This document shows, one piece after another, positions 17,414-40,599 of a stretch of 40,599 bases of DNA. This DNA comes from Eledone cirrhosa. Taxonomy: Eukaryota. The position numbers and the translations under genes are program-made. Each line of letters opens with the position of its first letter. The first letter of the stretch is position 1. The notes beneath the pieces were generated by a model. The model did no database searches. It had not been told where the DNA came from and saw only the letters and a list, made by a program, of their open reading frames with translations. The stretch is taken from the NCBI GenBank assembly GCA_964016885.1, contig CAXHJY010000546.1:1-40599 (forward strand), written 5' to 3'.

Positions 17414-20285
17414 ATGTCAGGGGCCTGGTGAAACTCAGCAACATGAGTAAAATTTCCTACCTGGGAGACTTAGCCATAAGCAATCAAGCACTATGCATGG
17501 CACTAACCGAAACGCACCTGACAAGCAGTATAGCAGATGCAGAAATACATATACCGAAATATACTGTATTTCGTTCGGACAGGAAGGAGAGAACTCATGG
17601 TGGGGTTGCTCTGTATATCCGTGAAGATGTCACACCAATTGTACTGTTGACACATTCAAACTCAGTCTGTGACACACTGATAATACATATGAAGCAACTA
17701 CAGACGGTAATATGTGTCACATATCGGCCGCCCGATGCCCCCAGTCATGAGGGTAAATTTGAGGATAGCCTAAGTAGGATAGAAGAGGTCCTTGACAAAC
17801 TGGACCAGGGTCTCAACATCCTACTGCTGGGAGACTTCAACCTACCAAAGGTCAAATGGCCTGAGGGCCACCTCCCCCCTGGAATGACGTCAATAGAACA
17901 GAGATAGACGGAATCCCTGCTGGCCCTCACACACAGGCTGTTCATGGAGCAAGCAATACTCCTCCCAACAAGAGGCGAAAATGTCCTGGACCTCTGTTTT
18001 ACAAACAACGAAGTGCTCATCCACAATGTAAAGGTGACACCAACAATTCTCTCGGATCATAACTTGGTAGAGCTAATGATATGTGGTCCAAGAGAACCAA
18101 CAGAGACAAAACCACCAAGAAGCTCCGGGACGCTATCCAGCCTTAACTTCTACGGGGCTGACTGGAAGAAGATTAAGAGTGAAATCCGGAAGCAAACATG
18201 GAGTGCAAACATCGCCACACAAGACACTAACACACAATTTCAACACTTCATGACAACGATACACACCATATGCAAAAAGTGTGTCCCGGAGAAAGAGGCA
18301 AACAGACACAAAAATCTTATTCCCAGAGATAGGAAAATCCTTATGAGACGTAGAACTAAACTCTCAAACCAGTTGAATAGTCAACAAAACCAAAACAAGA
18401 AGGAATCCTATTTGAAACGTGCACTACTTGACACCGAGATTGCACTCAAGCTTTCACATGAGAATGAGAGGGCAAGGAAAGAGAACAGGGCCATAGAAAA
18501 CATTAAAACAAACCCTAAGGCCTTCTTTAAATTTGCAAAAGAAACTGCCTCAGTACACTGCAAGATTGGACCACTCTTCCACACGGACGGTTCATTAACC
18601 GAAAATCCCCAAGAGATATGTGAAATACTGAACGAACAGTACAAAAGTGTCTTCACATGTCCACTGAGGCACATGCAAATAACGAAGCCAGAGGAGTTCT
18701 TTGATGCCACAACACTACATCAAGAAATGGCAACCATCAACCACATAGACATAACGGAGGAGGATGTGGTGTACGCCATTGATGAAATTAGAACAGACTC
18801 GGCTGCTGGACCTGATGGATTCCCAGCAGTTCTCCTAAAAATATGTAAGCGGGCCTTAGCAACTCCACTGAAGTAGTAGAGCGGAGGCCAAGAACTATAG
18901 GCCAGTCTCCCTGACGTCGCATATCAGTAAGGTCATGGAGCGAGTCGTCAGAAAGAAACTAATCACTTTCCTCGAAGAAAATGACCGCCTGACTAGCACG
19001 CAACATGGCTTCCGCCCAGGAAGAAGCTGCCTTACACAGCTGCTACATCACTACGACTGGGTACTGAGACGACTACTAGACAGCTCACATGTAGACGTGA
19101 TATATCTTTGCGAAGGCCTTTGACAAGGTCGACCACGGAATGATATGTCACAAACTACACGGACTCGGCATAACTGGAAAAGTAGGTGAGTGGCTGCATG
19201 GCTTCCTAAGGGACAGAAGCCAGGCAGTCGCAGCAAATGGGGCCCTCTCGAGGGAAACACCGATAACAAGTGGGGTGCCTCAGGGGACAGTCCTGGGACC
19301 ACTACTGTTTTTGGTGGCTCTCTCGGACATGCCCTCTGTGGTGCATGCAACAACATCCCTCACTAGTTATGCTGATGACACTAAGGTAGCACAGGCAATC
19401 AAAAACCCGGCTGACGCTGCCCTCTTACAGCAGGATCTGGATGCCATATACAGATGGGCGGAAGAAAACAACATGCAGTTTAATGCTGGCAAATTCCAAG
19501 CCCTACAATACAAACCTGCAAACACAAACACAAATATAGCGGAACACAGCTACACAGGACCAGGAGGGACCGATATCCCCGTGTCAAAATCGATACGAGA
19601 CCTGGGCATAGACATGAGCGATGATGCATCTTTTTCTTCACACATCATGAAGGTGGCGACAGCATGTAGACGATTCGCTGGCTGGATCTTGAGGACTTTC
19701 CTTACAAGAGATCGAGACACCATGTTGACACTGTGGAGGACTTTTGTCCTAAGCCGCCTGGACTACTGCTCCCAGCTGTGGTCACCCCATAGTGTCAAAC
19801 TAACCACGGAGCTTGAGGCAATCCAGCGAAGCTACACCAAGAGGATTGCCAAGATGAGGGAGACAAGCTACTGGGAGAGGCTGAAGGAACTGAACCTCTA
19901 CTCCTTGGAGCGAAGACGGGAGAGATACGCAGTGATCTACATGTGGAAAATCCTGGAGGGACTAGCTCCAAACTTTGGCATTGGGAGCTGGACCAACCGT
20001 CGAACAGGACGTCACTGTGAGGTGCCAAAGATCCCGTCTTCCACATCTAGAATAAGGAGCAGGTATTGCAATAGCCTGGGATTCAAGGGCCCTCAACTCT
20101 TCAACAGGCTGCCGAGGCATCTGCGAGACTTGCATGACGTGGAGGTGGATGTCTTTAAGAAACATCTCGACACCTTGTTATCCAGGATCCCGGATGAGCC
20201 CACAGCAAGACACGAGGGAAACCTAAGGGCAGCAGCAACAAACTCCCTCCTACACCAGTGGCCAACCTATACAGGCTGGAGATAA
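17221..20285 (+). pseudogene. ORF2 (APE endonuclease plus RT), disrupted
   Basis: LLNVRGL, LTETHL, RSDR..GGVALY, YRPP, GDFNLP, LDL, SDHN; nonsense TAG at 17905; 83-bp deletion after 18873 and 5-bp deletion near 19108 relative to copy A. Confidence 0.93.
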
Positions 20286-20360
20286 AATGTGTAGCAACAA
20301 GGGCGGTGCCCCAGCATGGCCTCAGCCGGATGGCTGAAACAGGTAAAAGAGTAAAAGAGT

Positions 20361-20388
20361 ATATATATATAAATATATGTATATATAC

Positions 20389-20419
<31 letters not shown>

Positions 20420-20450
20420 CATATATATATACATACATATGTATATATAC

Positions 20451-20481
<31 letters not shown>

Positions 20482-20642
20482 CATATATATATACATACAT
20501 ATGTATATATACATATATACATATGTATATATACATATATACATATGTATATATACATATGGATATATACATATGTATATATACATATATAGATATACAT
20601 ATATATATACACATATATATATATATACATATATATATATAC

Positions 20643-20675
<33 letters not shown>

Positions 20676-20840
20676 CATACATATATATATACATATATAT
20701 ATATACATATATATATATACATATATATATATACATATATATACACATATATATACACATATATATATATACATATATATATATATACATATATATACAC
20801 ATATATATATATACATATATATACACATATATATATATAC

Positions 20841-20887
<47 letters not shown>

Positions 20888-21052
20888 CATGTATATATAT
20901 ACATGTATACATATATACATATATATATATATATACATATATATACATATATATATATATACATATATATACATATATATATATATACATATATATATAT
21001 ATTTACATATATACATATATATATATACATATATACATATATATATATATAT
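20361..21052. repeat. (TA)n microsatellite, mostly CA-interrupted
   Basis: Direct reading. Confidence 0.97.
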
Positions 21053-22298
21053 GGATTATAGAAGGGATTGCCTGACGCAGCTACTGCATCACTTTGATGA
21101 CATTTTGAGAGCCTTGGGAGAGGGTTCCAACACTGATGTTATCTACCTTGATTTCAGCAAGGCCTTTGACAGGGTTGATCATAACATTCTACTGAGAAAG
21201 CTGTCCAATATTGGTGTCACTGGAAAGCTGCTGCAGTGGATCAAGAGCTTCCTGTCAAACAGAACCCAACATGTTGTAGTTGAGGGAGTCAAATCAAGCC
21301 CAGCCAAAGTCAGTAGTGGGGTCCCACAAGGCACTGTGTTGGGCCCACTTCTCTTCATCATCTATATTAATGACATCACTGACATCATCAAACACAGCAA
21401 CATTAAAATTTTCGCTGATGATTCCAAGCTCCTAAAGGTCATCAATGGCGTGGATGACCGGATAAGCCTTCAGTCAGACCTACTGGCTGTTACCCAATGG
21501 GCAAAAAAGAACAACATGTTACTGAACGAAGACAAATTCGAACTGATCCACTTTGGAAAAGAGGATGCTCTGAAACTCCCGTACTCCCTTCCCTCCGGGG
21601 AAACTCTCGTGGCATCTAACAACATCAGAGACTTGGGAGTAACCGTGGACAGCAACATAAGCTGGACCACGCATATAAGCAGCAAAGTTGACATGGCCCG
21701 CAGAATGTGTTTCTGGATCCTCAGAACCTTCCAGTCGAGAGATTCCCGCACCATTATCCTTCTCTTCTCTACTTTTGCCCGACCACACCTTGAATACTGT
21801 TGTCCACTGTGGTCTCCCCACACGAAACAAAGTATCATGAAACTTGAAGCTCCTCAAAGGGCAATCACGAAAAAGATAGATGGCATGTCAGACCTTGACT
21901 ACTGGGGTCGATTAGAAAACCTGAAACTTTACTCACTCCAACGTCGCCGTGAGCGTTATATTATCTGCATGATGTGGAAAATGTTCCATCATCACTGCCC
22001 AAATGATGTTGGCATCGCCTTCAAGATACACCCAAGGCTTGGGCCCCGTGCTATCCGTCCCATTCAAAAATCTAAATCGCAACTCATAAAAACAATACGG
22101 CACAATTATTTCACCTCAATCGGCCCTGCTCTCTTCAACATCACACCAGGACACGTCAAAACAGAAACTGACCACACAAAATTCAAGAAGTCTTTTGACA
22201 AATTCCTCGAAGTAATCCCGGACAAACCACCCACACCCGGATATGTCTCCGCAAACAGTAATTCTCTTCTCGAATGGGCCATGGTGCCCAAATCCTGA
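21051..22298 (+). CDS. RT and C-terminal domain fragment, uninterrupted; the ATG is created by the microsatellite junction
   Basis: [57 protein letters not shown]. Confidence 0.88.
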   Translation: MDYRRDCLTQLLHHFDDILRALGEGSNTDVIYLDFSKAFDRVDHNILLRKLSNIGVTGKLLQWIKSFLSNRTQHVVVEGVKSSPAKVSSGVPQGTVLGPLLFIIYINDITDIIKHSNIKIFADDSKLLKVINGVDDRISLQSDLLAVTQWAKKNNMLLNEDKFELIHFGKEDALKLPYSLPSGETLVASNNIRDLGVTVDSNISWTTHISSKVDMARRMCFWILRTFQSRDSRTIILLFSTFARPHLEYCCPLWSPHTKQSIMKLEAPQRAITKKIDGMSDLDYWGRLENLKLYSLQRRRERYIICMMWKMFHHHCPNDVGIAFKIHPRLGPRAIRPIQKSKSQLIKTIRHNYFTSIGPALFNITPGHVKTETDHTKFKKSFDKFLEVIPDKPPTPGYVSANSNSLLEWAMVPKS

Positions 22299-22385
22299 AT
22301 TAAAAGACTTCGCCAGGTGGTGCTATTAAGTTAGACATGGCCTGGGCCAATACTGGCCAAAACATTTCAAAGTTATTCAAAGTTA
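21053..22385 (+). mobile_element. CR1-group LINE family 2, 5'-truncated; tail (TTCAAAGTTA)2
   Basis: RT motifs plus a 3' UTR resembling family 1; flanked by (TA)n. Confidence 0.9.
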
Positions 22386-24434
<2,049 letters not shown>

Positions 24435-24475
24435 AATATTAAATAAATGGAAAACTATATTTATAAAACCATATC

Positions 24476-24541
24476 TATTTCATTATATATATTTCGGGGA
24501 TATCATATTAACAATATGCTATGCCTTCATCAGACAAAATA
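24476..24541 (-). ncRNA. Minimal type I hammerhead ribozyme motif
   Basis: UAUUUUGU-CUGAUGA-A-GG..CAUAUU(GUU)AAUAUG..CCC-GAAA-UAUAUA-UA-AUGAAAUA; 8-bp stem I with two G-U pairs. Confidence 0.78.
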
Positions 24542-24685
24542 CAATATAAACAGTTTTATAGATAAATATATTCGACATACCGTAATAAACATCGACTTCA
24601 TTTGAAGAGGTTTACGCTAGCAGTGAAAATACAGAGAGAAAGAAAGAGAGAAAAAAAAGGGAGAAAAAAGAAAGAAAGACAAAAC

Positions 24686-24742
24686 GAAGAAAAAGAAGAA
24701 AAAGAAGAAAAAGAAGAAAAAGAAGAAAAAGAAAAAGAAGAA
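24686..24742. repeat. (GAAGAAAAA)n simple repeat
   Basis: Direct reading. Confidence 0.9.
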
Positions 24743-24915
24743 ATGCATGGAACAAAATAGAGAGATGGAAAAATAGATAAAGCGAAGAGCTTCATGTAAA
24801 GAAACAGAAAGAGATATATATATATAGAGAGAGAGGAAATAGAGATAGATACATATATATATATAGAAAATTAGGTAGTGGGAGGTCATTTTGAATAAGT
24901 GTATCAATGATACAT

Positions 24916-24954
<39 letters not shown>

Positions 24955-26017
24955 GCTCAAGTATTAATGTAAGGGAGATATATAGAGAGATATAGAGAGA
25001 TATAGAGAGAGAAAAAAATTAAAAAATAGCCAGACATATTCGAGGCGTAGAAAACCCTATGTTTTAATGTATTAGTATTTATAAAACTTACACTATATTG
25101 TAAATATCAGTATTCCTGAATGAAACAAGTATCCATAATGTGTGAAAATTCATTATCTTATGTTTAGTTTTAAAAAATTCATATGTTTATGTGACAGCTA
25201 CAAACATCAATGTGAATCCAACTGATTCACTCTGCAAACTCTAGGTTACCGGAAAACATTCTCAATGTGGTATAAAAATTTGAGCGTATTATTATTCTTG
25301 CGATTACTCTACAAGATTATCTATCAAGCAGAAATAGAGAGCAGATTTCAATATACCAATCAAAAATATATATTATATTATAAACAAAACTAAAAATAAA
25401 AAATAAAAAGATAACAATAATGATAATAATAAGTAAAAATATAGAATAGAAAACTAAAAAAATATATTACGAAAGAATATTACATAATAAAAATATTGCA
25501 TATTAAAAATACTACGTATTAAAAAATATTACGTATTAAAAATTTACATATTAAAGATATTAAAAATATTAAAAATAAAATAAAAATAAAAAATAAAAAA
25601 TATTATAGAATACTACAATACTAAAAGAATAAAAATAAAAATAAAAATAAAAATAAAAATAAACCATAAAGAACAACCCTTCAAAGTTAATTGACAATAT
25701 TTTGCCAAGTTCATTACAAGACAAAGCCAAAAATTATCTATCAGATCACATCTAGCAAAGAACATCTCAAAAAGATTATGATGTCCAATTATGTCTACAT
25801 ATGTTCCTATATTTAATATAGAAGTTTATCTAGTGTAAGGTTAATTCAAAAAATTTGGAGCATCGGCTTTTAGGGTAGCTTAATTTTTCATGAGGAATGT
25901 TTAGATAAAAATAAAAATAAATAAAATAAAATAAACAATAAAAAAAAAAGAGTAAAAAGAGGGAATCAAAAAATTTATCGGCTAGTTCTCATATAAATAT
26001 AAATCAAACTAAATATA

Positions 26018-26932
26018 CTACATTTTAAATTTAAATTTATATTTAAACGTTGAGTTTAATCTATGTTTGCAACAACTGAATAAATTTGTCCGTAGGTTAA
26101 GGGAATTTTTAGATTTTAGTATAAAGAATATCTCCTCTGCGCAGAGGTCACATGTCTCAGAGGATGAATTAAAAGGAATCCCTCTTGAGACTATATTCCA
26201 AGCCGTCGAATATCTAACGTTATCTAGCTTAAGTTGCCAGAGTACGCCTGATAGTGCCGTTGAAGATTTTTTATTTGGATCTGTGAAAGAATTCTTGTGG
26301 TTATTATAGCGAAGTTTAAATTCCGTCGATGTGGAACCGACGTAGTTAAAAGAATTAGAGTCAGTATTAACATTACAATTGTATACTATATTTTTAACTA
26401 AGCAGTTGTTATTTAACGGACATTTAGATCTATCTCTACAGTTACATTTGTTAACTTGTATATTATTTATGCTATTATCAGTAGGTTTTAAGTTCCTATT
26501 ATTTATTCTATTAATATTTTGTGCTAAATTTTTGGTGGATGAGTAGGTTAATTTAATTGTATGCCTATTGAAGATTGAGTGATACCTATGTGTTCTAGGG
26601 AAGCGATTATCAAGAGCTTTGAAAAATAATTTAGCGATGTAGGTTTTAATGTTTAGTGAGAAAGGGGGGGCAAACCAAATTATGTTCCTAGTTCTATTTC
26701 TTTTTTGTCCTTTGGAATTATTGTAATGCTTTCTATTATAGTTGTTAATGTTGTTGCCGTAATTAAAAAAGTTGTTACTTTGTTTAGTTTGTCTATCATT
26801 ATCTATGTACACAATCTTATCAGCATACCCTGCCCTAGCTAGTGCATCATTATAGTACTGGGCCTTTTCGTCAAAAATCTTTCTATTCGACGAGATCCTA
26901 GAGATACGTTTTTGGACTGGTATGCTGATAAT
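26018..26932 (-). CDS. PLE C-terminal region with GIY-YIG endonuclease, open for about 304 codons, no RT core
   Basis: [78 protein letters not shown]. Confidence 0.9.
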   Translation of the reverse strand: MISIPVQKRISRISSNRKIFDEKAQYYNDALARAGYADKIVYIDNDRQTKQSNNFFNYGNNINNYNRKHYNNSKGQKRNRTRNIIWFAPPFSLNIKTYIAKLFFKALDNRFPRTHRYHSIFNRHTIKLTYSSTKNLAQNINRINNRNLKPTDNSINNIQVNKCNCRDRSKCPLNNNCLVKNIVYNCNVNTDSNSFNYVGSTSTEFKLRYNNHKNSFTDPNKKSSTALSGVLWQLKLDNVRYSTAWNIVSRGIPFNSSSETCDLCAEEIFFILKSKNSLNLRTNLFSCCKHRLNSTFKYKFKFKM

Positions 26933-26981
26933 GTATATATATATATATATATATGTATGTATATATATATATATATATATG

Positions 26982-29288
<2,307 letters not shown>

Positions 29289-29690
29289 GTAGGAGGTGAG
29301 TTTTATTGTAGTACAATAAAGCATATTGTAGTACAATAAAGCAATGCAGATATCGGATAAGAAGCACTCTACAGTTTGTGGGACTGGAGTATGCATAATA
29401 TAAGATCAAAAGATGGTTAAAGGAGTTCAATATATTTTATTATGCGCATTTCAAAAACAAACATCATCAAACAATAATATTTGTGTTTTCATCGGATAAA
29501 ACAGGAGAACATGATATGAAGGCTAAAAAAACACTTGTTGATAGTGCAGTTTTAAATCAACATATGAAAAGTGGTTTTAGATTGATGTGTGATGGGAAAA
29601 ATATTGGGAAAAATATTTTATTTAGAGAGGGGGGGAGAGAAAGGGATGAAAAGGGAAAGGAGATGAGAGAGGGAGAGGATATGATAGTAG
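29289..29690 (-). mobile_element. Solo pLTR end fragment of the 12172-15238 PLE family (diverged copy)
   Basis: Reverse complement of about 14885-15238 with substitutions and a 20-bp tandem duplication (29304-29343). Confidence 0.88.
29433..29503 (-). ncRNA. Hammerhead motif, CCGAUGA (U4C) variant of 15045-15115
   Basis: TCATCGG instead of TCATCAG on the + strand; GAAA-UGCGCA-UA intact. Confidence 0.72.
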
Positions 29691-30501
<811 letters not shown>

Positions 30502-30630
30502 TTGATGATTTCTAATGAATGAAACAGTTCTAGTCCTGTAGAATCTCCTCTATATTAAAACTGTTATACTCTGCTATGTATTGAGTACCTTACTTACTGT
30601 GGTTACCTCCGATTCAACCCGGAATAACGT
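30502..30630 (+). mobile_element. 130-bp island, possibly the 3' tip of another PLE pLTR starting in a truncated HHR
   Basis: UGAUGA-U-UUC(UAAU)GAA-U-GAAACAGUUC at the left junction, then ATTAAA and a terminal hairpin. Confidence 0.4.

Positions 30631-40599
<9,969 letters not shown>

Larger units (their letters stand above)
17011..20360 (+). mobile_element. CR1-group LINE family 1, copy B, 5'-truncated within ORF1
   Basis: ORF1 end, APE endonuclease, RT, same 3' tail as copy A; flanked by (TA)n. Confidence 0.93.
24435..26933 (-). mobile_element. Second Hydra-clade-like PLE, 5'-truncated, with 1.6-kb low-complexity 3' region ending in an HHR
   Basis: GIY-YIG frame 26932-26018; sense-strand HHR about 40 nt from the (TA)n boundary; the 3' region could be composite. 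Confidence 0.8.

Noticed and set aside
17905-17907. In-frame stop as programmed readthrough or selenocysteine
   Set aside because: It is TAG, likely from CAG, in a copy with two other disabling deletions
17011-20360. Target-site duplications around the elements
   Set aside because: Flanks are (TA)n, so TSDs cannot be defined
24598-24632. TTGAAGAG..GTGAAAA as another hammerhead
   Set aside because: Core lacks C3 and no convincing stems I or III
25210-25272. CUG-hairpin-CCGGAAA as a standalone HH-like feature
   Set aside because: No stem I found and it is antisense to the host PLE; kept only as a weak look-alike

Overview
Eukaryotic, gene-free, repeat-dense window. About 56% (roughly 22.5 kb) is interrupted (TA)n microsatellite, which produces all the Tyr-Ile 'ORFs' in the track; these are artefacts. 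Embedded in the arrays is a nest of retrotransposons. There are two near-identical copies of a CR1-group LINE (1-2400; 17011-20360), a 5'-truncated second CR1-group family (21053-22385) and an RTE-clade 3' fragment with three C2H2 fingers (15702-16608). Penelope-like elements (PLEs) comprise one RT+GIY-YIG copy (about 8600-10865), two related RT-less GIY-YIG copies resembling the Hydra clade (12172-15238 with an inverted pseudo-LTR; 24435-26933 with a partial duplicate), a 257-bp-arm palindrome and solo pLTR pieces. By eye I find several minimal type I hammerhead ribozyme (HHR) motifs, a variant with a 4-nt CUGA core, and a candidate -1 frameshift signal (A_AAU_UUU plus pseudoknot) joining LINE ORF1 and ORF2. 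The (TA)n arrays have strand-polarised interruptions and hidden higher-order periodicity. The composition suggests a cephalopod (octopus-like) genome, but that is inference only. No host gene, tRNA, rRNA or CRISPR is supported. All alignments, folds and counts were done manually.
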